A stretch of DNA of 64,000 nt from IMG/VR virus record IMGVR_UViG_3300028783_000001, positions 64,001-128,000 of that record; one strand, 5' to 3'. Shown piece after piece: positions 1 to 8,952 of the stretch. Within the stretch, counting starts at the first letter, position 1. Each line of letters opens with the position of its first letter. The notes below the pieces were generated by a model. It saw only the letters and a list, made by a program, of their open reading frames with translations, was not told the DNA's origin and ran no database searches. The translations under genes and the position numbers were made by a program. This DNA is from a virus.

Positions 1-129
1 CGACCAGCAATCTCTTGATGAGGTGACCAAGGGCCTTCTGAGGCCGGTATTTTATGAGGGAAAATACATCGATCACGGCGACACCATATCGGTGATCCGT
101 GAGCGGTTAAACAAGCAGGTGTATTAAAG

Positions 130-399
130 ATGGCGCGCGGAGTAAAGAGGACGATACCAGGTCCCGACGATTATCCAGGAAAGCACTACTTCTGGGTGGA
201 CGAGAGTGAGGCCCGCATGCTCTATCTCGAACATGAAAGGCGGTCCGCACAATACATCGCGGACCGCCTAAACGCCGAATTTCCTCAGCCGCTAGTTCTG
301 ACGCGTAGTGCCGTTATTGCGAAGATGTGGAGGATGCGCGGCGGGGCTAAGTATCGCGTAAAAGCACCGTTTTCACCAGCCTCATATAGGGGATTATGA
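130..399 (+). CDS. gcrA: GcrA-like cell-cycle regulator (N-terminal HTH domain only)
   Basis: W-x-D-E...SAQYIADRLN...TRSAVIAKMWRM matches the GcrA N-terminal pattern (WTDE...SASQIA..L...TRNAVIGKxHRL). Confidence 0.7.
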   Translation: MARGVKRTIPGPDDYPGKHYFWVDESEARMLYLEHERRSAQYIADRLNAEFPQPLVLTRSAVIAKMWRMRGGAKYRVKAPFSPASYRGL

Positions 400-638
400 T
401 GCCGAAATATGCACTCAGACTGGATCCTGAATGTGGTGCTAGGAGTAGTGACTATATTACAAAGACTGGAAATTTCGTAAATAGCTTAGAAGATGCTCAC
501 CACTTCCCTACGCTACGATTAGCAAGTCGAGCGCTAAGAGCGTGGGTTAAGATGGGCTCGGCTGAATCTCCGATGGAGATTGTCTTAGTCCCAAAGAAGG
601 TTGTCAAGGCAACTGCGGAGAAGAAAACATGCCCCTAA
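396..638 (+). CDS. hypothetical protein
   Basis: ATGA overlap with the previous stop; GGGGA RBS. Confidence 0.6.
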   Translation: MMPKYALRLDPECGARSSDYITKTGNFVNSLEDAHHFPTLRLASRALRAWVKMGSAESPMEIVLVPKKVVKATAEKKTCP

Positions 639-907
639 CGCTCGTACAGGCCCAAGCCGCTGCCGTGATAGCTGCGCAGATTGCGCAGGTGCAAGACGCA
701 ATCCCAAACGTCGAGGAGGCGCTGGCGTCCGATCTATCCGTATCGGGGATCGACGTCCTAGACATCCTTGGTGTGTCCATACCAATCTATGGATTCGTCT
801 TATCACCGGCCGATAGCGCGGTGATTCTAAATCTAGTGTTGGCTAATCTGCAAGCACAGCTAGTGGACCTAAATGCACAGCTAATCGCAATCGACGTGAG
901 CGGGTGA
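629..907 (+). CDS. hypothetical protein with no Lys/Arg/His
   Basis: GGAG upstream; amphipathic Ala/Gln/Leu helices. Confidence 0.6.
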   Translation: MPLTLVQAQAAAVIAAQIAQVQDAIPNVEEALASDLSVSGIDVLDILGVSIPIYGFVLSPADSAVILNLVLANLQAQLVDLNAQLIAIDVSG

Positions 908-911
908 TGAC

Positions 912-1346
912 ATGATCGACAAGCTACTAAGAATGGTTGGGTTGCAGCGATGGCGGCGCCAGACAAATCTGTTTCAGACAGGGAAGTTTACGCTCGCGTC
1001 TGGACTGAAGAGCGACTTCAAGATTGAATGTGACGCATTGACCGATGAAGATTGGGATACCATCGCATTCCACCTACGAGACTACGCAGAGGAGTTTGGT
1101 GAGGTCATTGGGGTTCCGCGCGGTGGCCTAAAGCTGGCTAGAGCCTTGCAGAAATTCTGCGACTCTGGTAATGTATCCGGTCCTCGACTGGTAGTCGATG
1201 ACGTCATCACGACGGGAGGGTCGATCAGGAAGCTGATGACGCGTCCGACAGACGTTGGCCTAGTACTGTTCGCGCGAGACATAGACCGCTTGCCACCGGG
1301 AGTCTGCGCGCTCTTCACCATGACAAACTGGCGGAGATTTCCATGA
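912..1346 (+). CDS. orotate phosphoribosyltransferase-like type I PRTase (short)
   Basis: GKFTLASGLKSDF (PyrE hood motif) and PRPP-binding motif LVVDDVITTGGS. Confidence 0.8.
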   Translation: MIDKLLRMVGLQRWRRQTNLFQTGKFTLASGLKSDFKIECDALTDEDWDTIAFHLRDYAEEFGEVIGVPRGGLKLARALQKFCDSGNVSGPRLVVDDVITTGGSIRKLMTRPTDVGLVLFARDIDRLPPGVCALFTMTNWRRFP

Positions 1347-1570
1347 AGGTTCAGATAAAGTGTGATGAACATCGAGCCGAGCTACTCGCTCGCGAGTTGG
1401 GTAAGATTCGCATCTGGCTTACTGGATGGCACGCGGTAATGATACTGCTAGTAGGTGGAATCCTCGGAGAGGGGCTAATCTTCGCGGCAATCCTTGGCAT
1501 GCGACGCGACATAGAGAAGCTACGCCTCGAACTGTTAAAGAAAATTAACCTCATCGGTTTAGGAGACTAA
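1343..1570 (+). CDS. small membrane protein
   Basis: ATGA overlap; one hydrophobic segment. Confidence 0.55.
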   Translation: MKVQIKCDEHRAELLARELGKIRIWLTGWHAVMILLVGGILGEGLIFAAILGMRRDIEKLRLELLKKINLIGLGD

Positions 1571-1572
1571 AC

Positions 1573-1773
1573 ATGGAAATTTGTATAATGATCCTACTGC
1601 CTGTGCTTATCGGACTCGCCCTTTGGATCGGTGACGCAACCCAGAACATGATTGCGCGCTTGGAGATTGACAGCAAGCAGAGGCACGAAGAGCTACTTGC
1701 TGAAATCCAGTTCCAGCAAAAGAAGCGAGAAGATGAGCGCAACTATCCGTATTCTAGTACGGGGGACTACTGA
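1573..1773 (+). CDS. small membrane-anchored protein
   Basis: AGGAG RBS; N-terminal TM helix. Confidence 0.6.
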   Translation: MEICIMILLPVLIGLALWIGDATQNMIARLEIDSKQRHEELLAEIQFQQKKREDERNYPYSSTGDY

Positions 1774-1774
1774 A

Positions 1775-1972
1775 ATGTGCTGGATCGCTCTAGTCTTATA
1801 CATACTCGGAACCTTCTGTGCTATGCACGATCTCTCACGCGAGGGTGACTTCGTTGGCGTACAGCTACCGACCATGATTATTCTCGCTGTAATGTGGCCA
1901 ATTTTTGTAGGTTATTTCATAATCGTTAATGCGCCGCGCGTCCTCAAAAGCTGGTTTGACGTGGGAGGCTAA
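1775..1972 (+). CDS. small membrane protein
   Basis: ATG at 1775 after GGGGG; two hydrophobic segments. Confidence 0.55.
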   Translation: MCWIALVLYILGTFCAMHDLSREGDFVGVQLPTMIILAVMWPIFVGYFIIVNAPRVLKSWFDVGG

Positions 1973-1975
1973 GTC

Positions 1976-2248
1976 ATGAGTAACAAGATGCTACTGACGT
2001 TCCTCGTGTTTGCTGAGAGCGACGTGTTGATAGCTCAATGCGTCGAGCATGATATCTGTGTACACGGTAAAGACATGGAAATCCTACTAGACCGCATCAA
2101 CCATACATTAGCAGCGGAGCGTAAGATTGGAAACGAGGATCTGTCACATACTGGCGTACCACTAGCCGACGTCATTGCAAGAATCGAGCAACGAGTGAAA
2201 GCTGGTGCTGCCATGCTCGCCTTGACCGGAGTGGAGCGATTCCTATGA
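1976..2248 (+). CDS. HicB-like antitoxin-fold protein
   Basis: VFAESDVLIAQCVEHDICVHGKDMEILLDRI resembles the HicB N-terminal beta-beta-beta-alpha pattern (yvAxCxExdi.sqGxTxeEAl); GGAGG RBS. Confidence 0.5.
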   Translation: MSNKMLLTFLVFAESDVLIAQCVEHDICVHGKDMEILLDRINHTLAAERKIGNEDLSHTGVPLADVIARIEQRVKAGAAMLALTGVERFL

Positions 2249-2520
2249 GCACGAAGCAAAGTCGCAAGACTAAGCTGCGCAAGGATAGACAGGCAGCAGC
2301 GCGAGCGCGGCGGGCGCTGGAGGCTAGTGCCATCCCCCACGTCTACTCACTACGCGAGGCTATCAGGTACAACAAGCGTCGCCGTGATCCTATAGTTCGA
2401 TCTTACGAGGATAGCCTGGTCGAGCTACTCGCATCGATGCCTGGTTCAGACGAGTGGTCAGACGCTTTAGCTGACCAGATTTGTGAGCTAGAGGACGAGC
2501 GAATCCTTAAGGAGATATGA
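2245..2520 (+). CDS. hypothetical protein with basic N-terminus
   Basis: ATGA overlap; GGAG RBS. Confidence 0.6.
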   Translation: MSTKQSRKTKLRKDRQAAARARRALEASAIPHVYSLREAIRYNKRRRDPIVRSYEDSLVELLASMPGSDEWSDALADQICELEDERILKEI

Positions 2521-2523
2521 GAT

Positions 2524-2772
2524 ATGAGTTATACAAAACAAATGCCGATAGACGGCAATGTATTTTATATGACATCTACGGTCGACTCTCCAGTCGGTCC
2601 GACGTCCAGTATTGACGCGGAGTTTTATGTAACCGACGTTGCAGCGGTAAACGCTGCAGAGGGCGACGTCGAGGACAACGGCACCATGGTTATCTTCGAG
2701 TGCCGTGCAGTGAAGAGCTTCAGCAAATCTAGCAGCATCAAGACTACGCTCATTGGAGAACAACATGACTGA
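2524..2772 (+). CDS. hypothetical protein (FECRAV family, paralog 1)
   Basis: AAGGAG RBS; shares V-x-FECRAV with the next gene. Confidence 0.65.
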   Translation: MSYTKQMPIDGNVFYMTSTVDSPVGPTSSIDAEFYVTDVAAVNAAEGDVEDNGTMVIFECRAVKSFSKSSSIKTTLIGEQHD

Positions 2773-3091
2773 TACAAAACGACTAGTGGTGCTTCCTACA
2801 GACGGATTGACCTTCTTCTCACTTGCTTTAGTAGACTGCGATGACGGCACTGTTTCCGAAAACTCAGACTTCTACAACTACGAGAGCCGGGAGCTTGCGG
2901 TCGCGGCTGCAAAGAAGATGAACGATGAGGACGGTGGAAGCTTTGTGGTTTTTGAGTGCCGAGCAGTAAACAACATCATCGAAAAGAAGGGTGTTACCGT
3001 TCAGGCAATCAAGAAGTTGGCGGTAAAGGAAGAGGCAAAGCCTATAGCAACCTCTATTTCCGCAGGAACCTGTGATAAGAAGGGCAACTGA
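2765..3091 (+). CDS. hypothetical protein (FECRAV family, paralog 2)
   Basis: GGAG RBS before ATG 2765; VVFECRAV. Confidence 0.65.
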   Translation: MTDTKRLVVLPTDGLTFFSLALVDCDDGTVSENSDFYNYESRELAVAAAKKMNDEDGGSFVVFECRAVNNIIEKKGVTVQAIKKLAVKEEAKPIATSISAGTCDKKGN

Positions 3092-3092
3092 A

Positions 3093-3275
3093 ATGAGTCT
3101 TCTGGATATTCTAATCAGCGTGCTGGCCGCGCTATTCTGGACGGTCGTGCTGGGCTACGGCTGTAACTGGATCTTCGACCAAGCCCCTGGGTTGAGCCAA
3201 GCGGGAGTTGTCTGGATCATGATAGCCGCTTGGCAGTTTGTTCCAATCCTAATAAATATCATGAGGGCACCGTAG
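3093..3275 (+). CDS. small two-TM membrane protein
   Basis: two hydrophobic helices. Confidence 0.55.
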   Translation: MSLLDILISVLAALFWTVVLGYGCNWIFDQAPGLSQAGVVWIMIAAWQFVPILINIMRAP

Positions 3276-3287
3276 CTTTTGATTGGA

Positions 3288-3473
3288 ATGCTGATGACCG
3301 ACATCTGTAGTTTGTGCCAAGGCACTGGAAACATTCTCTGCGTTCACAACGAACGCAGAGAATTTTGGTCTTGTGTGGCATGTGGTGGAGCCGGCGCGCG
3401 TGTAATGTACGGACCACCTACGATTCATATTCATGTCCCGAAGACTAAGAAACGCACGCAGAGTAAATGCTAG
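3288..3473 (+). CDS. small DnaJ-type Zn-finger protein
   Basis: CSLCQGTG and CVACGGAG (two CxxCxGxG motifs). Confidence 0.55.
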   Translation: MLMTDICSLCQGTGNILCVHNERREFWSCVACGGAGARVMYGPPTIHIHVPKTKKRTQSKC

Positions 3474-3489
3474 ATATAAGGAGACGATC

Positions 3490-4716
3490 ATGGGCAATTT
3501 CACGTGCGAAGTGGTAGAGGGTGGCGGACTGGTCAAGAAGTGGGATCATGGCGTGGTGTTCGAGGAACAGGCGCAGCAGCAGCTTCGCAACCTCGCAACG
3601 CTTCCGTTTGTGCACAAACACATCGCGGCCATGCCCGACACGCACTGGGGGATGGGAGCAACAATCGGATCGGTGATCGCGACGCGCGGCGCAATCGTGC
3701 CAGCCGCCGTGGGAGTTGATATCGGTTGTGGAATGATGGCCTATCGCTTGTCACTTACGGCAAACGATCTTCCTGACAACCTACACGCGATTCGTTCGGC
3801 AATTGAAAACGCTGTGCCTCATGGTCGCACAAACAACGGTGGTCCCGGCGACCGTGGTGCGTGGCACGACGTCACCGATGTTAACAAGGATCGCTGGGAC
3901 CGGCTTAAGGCGCGTCACGATGAGATTGTCGCCAAGCATCCTGGAGCGGATAGCCGCAATAAGGTGAAGCACCTCGGCTCACTCGGCACGGGAAACCACT
4001 TCATTGAGATTTGCCTAGACGAGGACGACCGCGTGTGGGTAATGCTGCACTCTGGGTCGCGCGGTGCCGGCAACCGCATCGGCGTCTACTTCATCAACAA
4101 GGCCAAGGAGGAGATGCAGAAGTATTTCATCGACAAGTATTTGCCGGATCGGGACCTGTCCTACCTCGTCGAGCATACAGACCTGTTCGACGACTACGTG
4201 GAGGCGGTCGAGTGGGCGCAAGACTTCGCTAGCGCCAACCGCGAGGCGATGATGGAAGCTACGTTGACCGTGCTGCGAGCATGGCTGCCACCGTTCACCG
4301 TGGACCCAGAGATGGCTGTAAGCTGTCACCACAACTACATCTCGCGCGAGAACCATTATGGTAAAAATGTAATCGTCACGCGCAAGGGCGCGGTGCGGGC
4401 TCGGACGACCGACCTCGGCATCATCCCCGGCTCGATGGGGACGGGATCGTTTATCGTGCGTGGCAAAGGTAGTCAGGATTCCTTCTGCTCGTGCTCGCAT
4501 GGTGCTGGTAGATCGATGAGTCGTACTCAGGCTCACAATACGATCACGCTTGAGGAACACGCGAAGGCGATGGAAGGGATTGAAGCCCGACTCGACAAGG
4601 ACGTTATCGATGAGTCGCCCGCCGCATACAAGGACATCAACGCGGTCATGAACGCCCAGACAGACCTCGTCGAAATCATCCATACGTTACGCCAGGTACT
4701 GAACGTTAAGGGGTAA
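3490..4716 (+). CDS. rtcB: RtcB family RNA ligase
   Basis: MPDTHWG, VGVDIGCG, GSLGTGNHF, HSGSRG, HHNY, RKGA, IIPGSMG, SCSHGAGR, DESPAAYK, terminal VKG; AAGGAG RBS. Confidence 0.97.
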   Translation: MGNFTCEVVEGGGLVKKWDHGVVFEEQAQQQLRNLATLPFVHKHIAAMPDTHWGMGATIGSVIATRGAIVPAAVGVDIGCGMMAYRLSLTANDLPDNLHAIRSAIENAVPHGRTNNGGPGDRGAWHDVTDVNKDRWDRLKARHDEIVAKHPGADSRNKVKHLGSLGTGNHFIEICLDEDDRVWVMLHSGSRGAGNRIGVYFINKAKEEMQKYFIDKYLPDRDLSYLVEHTDLFDDYVEAVEWAQDFASANREAMMEATLTVLRAWLPPFTVDPEMAVSCHHNYISRENHYGKNVIVTRKGAVRARTTDLGIIPGSMGTGSFIVRGKGSQDSFCSCSHGAGRSMSRTQAHNTITLEEHAKAMEGIEARLDKDVIDESPAAYKDINAVMNAQTDLVEIIHTLRQVLNVKG

Positions 4717-4721
4717 CGACT

Positions 4722-4871
4722 ATGTTTGGAAACGAATGGGACGACTACCTACAAGCTCTCAATGTTGAGAGACAGCTTAGGTACCAGCTGGATGATTGCT
4801 TCCTCGTCTCGACTAATAACCCGCCTCACGATTCCCATGATCGTCGACGCATATCTGGGGAGGTTTTGTAG
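4722..4871 (+). CDS. small hypothetical protein (49 aa, not in ORF track)
   Basis: ATG after AAGGGG; fills the gap after rtcB. Confidence 0.4.
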   Translation: MFGNEWDDYLQALNVERQLRYQLDDCFLVSTNNPPHDSHDRRRISGEVL

Positions 4872-4994
4872 ATGATCCACGACGACTGTGTCTTGACCGT
4901 GCTGTATGAAACCCAGCGTTGTCAGATGGTGGTATTTGTCCTGGTAGCAGCCATTGTATTGATGGCGACAATAAACTTTTTTGGGAGAAGATGA
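4872..4994 (+). CDS. small hydrophobic protein (40 aa, not in ORF track)
   Basis: GGAGG RBS; stop overlaps the next ATG. Confidence 0.45.
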   Translation: MIHDDCVLTVLYETQRCQMVVFVLVAAIVLMATINFFGRR

Positions 4995-5905
4995 TGGCTA
5001 CATCAGCCGATGACTTAGAGCAGCAGTTAATCCAGCGGCTGATGTCAGCTCGTGCTACTGGTGCCTCCGTGCGATGCGCCCCGATGCTCGTCCTTAGTAG
5101 CGAGGATATTGAAATAATCATTGATGCGTTTCATGACCGCAACGATTATTTAGCTGCCATGAACCACTATGGCGACCTTGCGTTTGTCGACAACAATTCT
5201 GAGTCGCTAAAGACGTGGCGGGGCGTTGCCGAGGACATGGCGGCTGAGATGGCATCTATGCAATCTCTGATCGACGCTTATGAGGACGCCGATGACGACT
5301 CTTGGTGTGAGACTCAGGAAGTTATCAATGAGGACGACATAATTGGAGACCTCGACTGCGACAATGACGACGAGCTGGAGGAACCATTCAACGACTTGTT
5401 TACGGAGCGTCGCGCGCATATTGAGACTGAGAAAGTATTACGCACGGCAGTGCTCAACATGATGGATGGCGTAGCTAAGGACAAGGCAATTGCATACCTA
5501 GGGTTGTTGGTCCTCAAGCGTGAGGCAGACGGCATTGATGAGAATGCATACCCGCATGAGTTCACCAAGTCGCTTCTTAAGCAGATTGCCGATTTTGATG
5601 AGGCCGAGCGTCGCGGCGAGGTTCGGACGTTTACCACTCTCGATGAATTTTTCGAGGAGATGGATCAGGAGGACTCTGCTCCAGAAGACTTCGTACTTAA
5701 TAAGTTTACGGTATCGTCTGGTACATTTAAAGTCGGTGACGACTTTTTGAAGTTGCCGTCGGATGAACCCGCTATGGAATCCGAACTTACCCCTGAGGAA
5801 GAGGCCGAGCGTGATGCGATGATTGCTGGACTTACCGAAGATGAGCAGCTAGCCTATGGTGTGATGCAATTCTCAATGGCCGCTGACCGTCAGCGGAGGA
5901 GCTGA
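4991..5905 (+). CDS. highly acidic hypothetical protein
   Basis: GGGAG RBS before ATG 4991; D/E-rich tracts. Confidence 0.75.
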   Translation: MMATSADDLEQQLIQRLMSARATGASVRCAPMLVLSSEDIEIIIDAFHDRNDYLAAMNHYGDLAFVDNNSESLKTWRGVAEDMAAEMASMQSLIDAYEDADDDSWCETQEVINEDDIIGDLDCDNDDELEEPFNDLFTERRAHIETEKVLRTAVLNMMDGVAKDKAIAYLGLLVLKREADGIDENAYPHEFTKSLLKQIADFDEAERRGEVRTFTTLDEFFEEMDQEDSAPEDFVLNKFTVSSGTFKVGDDFLKLPSDEPAMESELTPEEEAERDAMIAGLTEDEQLAYGVMQFSMAADRQRRS

Positions 5906-5907
5906 TT

Positions 5908-6315
5908 ATGGACGACCTCATAAACCCGGCTATGCAGATACTCGGCTATACCCTATTCACGTTGCTGATGGCCCTAGTGGCAATCGCCTTCTTCAAGACT
6001 GTAGATCAATCCATCGCTACTTTCCGTGAGTGGTGTGGATCGCGAGTGACTCCAGTAGAGCAGGCACCTCTAGCCAAACCACCAGTTTATTCACTAATCT
6101 TCAACACCAACCGCATGGATGCAATCTACGTAATCCCTTCCGGTGATGGAATCGACGAGGGGTTGGAGTGGTCTCTCGATGTTAAGAGTGTCGATATAAT
6201 ACGCTCACTGTTTGACCAGTGGGCCATGCGTAAGAGTATGGAGAAGCACGACGCCAAACTTATTACAGAGCATCCTCAAACTGATGCTCTGGGAATCCTA
6301 GATGGACAAAGCTAA
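5908..6315 (+). CDS. membrane-anchored protein (family shared with 8638 and 8949)
   Basis: N-terminal TM; C-terminal LDVKSVDIIRSLFDQW. Confidence 0.65.
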   Translation: MDDLINPAMQILGYTLFTLLMALVAIAFFKTVDQSIATFREWCGSRVTPVEQAPLAKPPVYSLIFNTNRMDAIYVIPSGDGIDEGLEWSLDVKSVDIIRSLFDQWAMRKSMEKHDAKLITEHPQTDALGILDGQS

Positions 6316-8432
6316 TGGAAATGCTAGATACCGTCGCCCTGCACAGCTTTGCAGCGAACCACCATACAGAGGGACGTCTCGTAGACGCCGAACGAATCTA
6401 CCAGACTCTGCTTCGAATCGATCCATGCGATCACGTGACGCTACACGCGCTAGGCGTTATAGCTTATCAAAACGGCGACAACAAGAGCGCGTCCGACTTC
6501 ATAAATGCAGCGATCATCGTCGACGATTCAATCGTCGTGTATCACTTCCACCACGGTGTGGCTCTACAGCTACTGGGCAACTTCGACGCCGCCAAGGCTC
6601 GTTACGAGCACGCGATTAGGATGCAGCCTGTCTACGCAGACGCCTACAACAACCTTGCCTTCATCCACTTCACCAGTGCTGCCTTCGACAAGGCGGAGGC
6701 CTGCTTCAGGCAGGTGCTAGAGTGGATTCCAAACGCCGCTGAGGTTCACAGCAATCTGGGCAATACGCTCGGTGCTCAATTGAAATACAACGAGGCAGTG
6801 GAGGCGTATGATCGAGCGATTGCCCTGCAGCCGAGATATCCAGACGCATGGTACAACCGTGGCAACGCCCTGGTAGAACTCGACCAGCTATCTGCCGCAG
6901 TGGAGTCGTATAGGTCGGCAATCCGACTTGATCCAAACTACGTCAAGGCCCATAACAACATGGGCAACGTACTCATGTTAATGGGACGCATCGATGAGGC
7001 AAAGACGACGTTTGAAGATGTCCTACGCATTGATCCAACCTACGTTGACGCTCTAAGTAACCTCGCAGGAGCTCATCAAGGTAGTGGCAACAGTGCTGCC
7101 GCAGGCGAGGCAAGGGCTGCCGTTCTAGCAATCGACCCGACGCACATTAGCGCGTTTAGCAACACCATGATGATGCTGCAGTACCAGCCAAATAGCGTCG
7201 ATGAGCGAATTGCATGCGCGCACAGGTTTGGTGAGATGATCGACCGGGAGGATGCAGTCCCACCAATCCCCCACGACCTTTCCCCCAAACGTAAGCTGCG
7301 GATCGGCTACGTCTCCGCAAACCTGTGCCATCACCCGGTTGGGTTCCTGATGACGCGCGTCCTCGCCGCACATGACAAGGACAGGTTTGACATCTACTGC
7401 TACATGAGCGGCTCGCGACGTGATGATACCGCGCGCAGGATATACGATGACTGCACCCAGTGGCGGGTGATATTCCCCTTGTCAGACGATCAAGCTGCCG
7501 CAATGATTCGCTCAGACGACGTGGACATCCTCGTTGACCTAGACGGCCATACCGGAGGCAACCGTCTGGGCGTGTTTACGATGCGTCCGGCACCAATCCA
7601 GGTGAGCTGGCTAGGCTACATGGGAACTACCGGCCTCTCGGCAATGGACTACATCCTGATGGATGAAGCTACCGTTCCTCGCGTCGAACATGAATGGTTC
7701 TCTGAGGAGATTGTTCGCCTCCCATACGGGCGCTTCTGCTACGAGGCAATGTCTGGAACCCCAGACGAAGCGCCTCCGCCCTGCCTGGAAAATGGTTTTA
7801 TAACCTTCGGTTCGTTTAACAACCCCACTAAGTACAACGCCGACGTCATTGCACTGTGGTGTAGAGTTTTGCTGGTGGTGCCAAACTCGCGCATGCTCAT
7901 CAAGTGGCGGTCGCTGCAAGACGCCGGTGGATTGCGCGACAAGCTCATGGGATGGTTTGCAGACGGCGGCGTAGATGGGAGCCGCGTCGAGCTTCGCGGC
8001 TGGTCCAATCACGAAGATACGATGCGCGAGTATGCCGACGTCGACATCGCGCTAGACCCGTTTCCATTTAGCGGCGGTCTGACTAGCATGGAGGCGCTGT
8101 GGATGGGGGTTCCCGTCATCACGCTTCCTGGAGTCCAGCCGGCGTCGCGCCAGACGCTAAGCATGCTACAGGTAATTGGGTTACTAGGAACGATTGCTAC
8201 AAGCGAGGATCACTACGTCTCTATTGCAATAAACCTAGCCGGCGACTTAGATGGGTTGAGGCTGCGTCGCGAGGTACAGCGCGACAAGATGGAAGCGTCT
8301 CCTATGTGCGACGGTGAGTTATTTACCGGAGCGCTAGAAGTTGTCTACCGTGAGATGTGGTGGCACTACGTGGGGAGGGGTTCTAAGTCGATTGCGGGTG
8401 CACGCAGCAAGCCAACGGGACTGAGTAAATAG
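6315..8432 (+). CDS. TPR-repeat O-glycosyltransferase, GT41 (OGT/SPINDLY family)
   Basis: about 7-8 TPRs, then LRIGYVSANLCHHPVG, DILVDLDGHT, RPAPIQVSWLGY, FGSFNNPTK, DIALDPFPFSGGLTSMEALWMGVPV. Confidence 0.93.
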   Translation: MEMLDTVALHSFAANHHTEGRLVDAERIYQTLLRIDPCDHVTLHALGVIAYQNGDNKSASDFINAAIIVDDSIVVYHFHHGVALQLLGNFDAAKARYEHAIRMQPVYADAYNNLAFIHFTSAAFDKAEACFRQVLEWIPNAAEVHSNLGNTLGAQLKYNEAVEAYDRAIALQPRYPDAWYNRGNALVELDQLSAAVESYRSAIRLDPNYVKAHNNMGNVLMLMGRIDEAKTTFEDVLRIDPTYVDALSNLAGAHQGSGNSAAAGEARAAVLAIDPTHISAFSNTMMMLQYQPNSVDERIACAHRFGEMIDREDAVPPIPHDLSPKRKLRIGYVSANLCHHPVGFLMTRVLAAHDKDRFDIYCYMSGSRRDDTARRIYDDCTQWRVIFPLSDDQAAAMIRSDDVDILVDLDGHTGGNRLGVFTMRPAPIQVSWLGYMGTTGLSAMDYILMDEATVPRVEHEWFSEEIVRLPYGRFCYEAMSGTPDEAPPPCLENGFITFGSFNNPTKYNADVIALWCRVLLVVPNSRMLIKWRSLQDAGGLRDKLMGWFADGGVDGSRVELRGWSNHEDTMREYADVDIALDPFPFSGGLTSMEALWMGVPVITLPGVQPASRQTLSMLQVIGLLGTIATSEDHYVSIAINLAGDLDGLRLRREVQRDKMEASPMCDGELFTGALEVVYREMWWHYVGRGSKSIAGARSKPTGLSK

Positions 8433-8443
8433 GGAGAACGAAC

Positions 8444-8635
8444 ATGATGTTTGAATCCAGGTTTGACATTGGTGCGCGGGTGTGGATCGACGCCGACCGA
8501 ACACTGATTGGGGTGGTGTCCGGGTTCCTATGGAGAGTCGAAAAACCACAAGTTGAGGTGTGTTGGTTCCATAGCGGGACTCACCATAGCGAATGGATTG
8601 CCGAGTGGCGACTGACTCTGGTCAGGGGAGAGTAA
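8444..8635 (+). CDS. small SH3/YodC-like beta-barrel protein
   Basis: FDIGARV...VEVCWFHSG...EWRL pattern; GGGAG RBS. Confidence 0.5.
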   Translation: MMFESRFDIGARVWIDADRTLIGVVSGFLWRVEKPQVEVCWFHSGTHHSEWIAEWRLTLVRGE

Positions 8636-8637
8636 GC

Positions 8638-8952
8638 ATGACAACAGGTAATCAATTAGCCGATGTATTGGTGGCGATTCAGACAGTGGGAATTGTAAGC
8701 ATAGTGCTCATACTGGCAAACTTGTTCATCAACCGTCTTGGCAAGCGGACAAAGAGTGCGGAAGTACGGCTTGCAACATCGGACCTCAAGACGCTCTACG
8801 TCCAGATTGGAGGTGGCCTAGGCTCCCCAGAGGACGGTAAGTCTTGTGCGTTTGTATACCTCGATGAGGCTGCGGCGGTACGGCTGCGTGACCAGATTAG
8901 CCTCTGGCTCGATATCAAAAATAATGCTAGAAAAGAAGGACGGGTAGAATGA
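8638..8952 (+). CDS. membrane-anchored protein (family shared with 5908 and 8949)
   Basis: TM helix; LDEAAAVRLRDQISLWL. Confidence 0.65.
   Translation: MTTGNQLADVLVAIQTVGIVSIVLILANLFINRLGKRTKSAEVRLATSDLKTLYVQIGGGLGSPEDGKSCAFVYLDEAAAVRLRDQISLWLDIKNNARKEGRVE

Noticed and set aside
106-128. CtrA box upstream of the GcrA-like gene
   Set aside because: The two TTAA half-sites are 13 nt apart, not 7.
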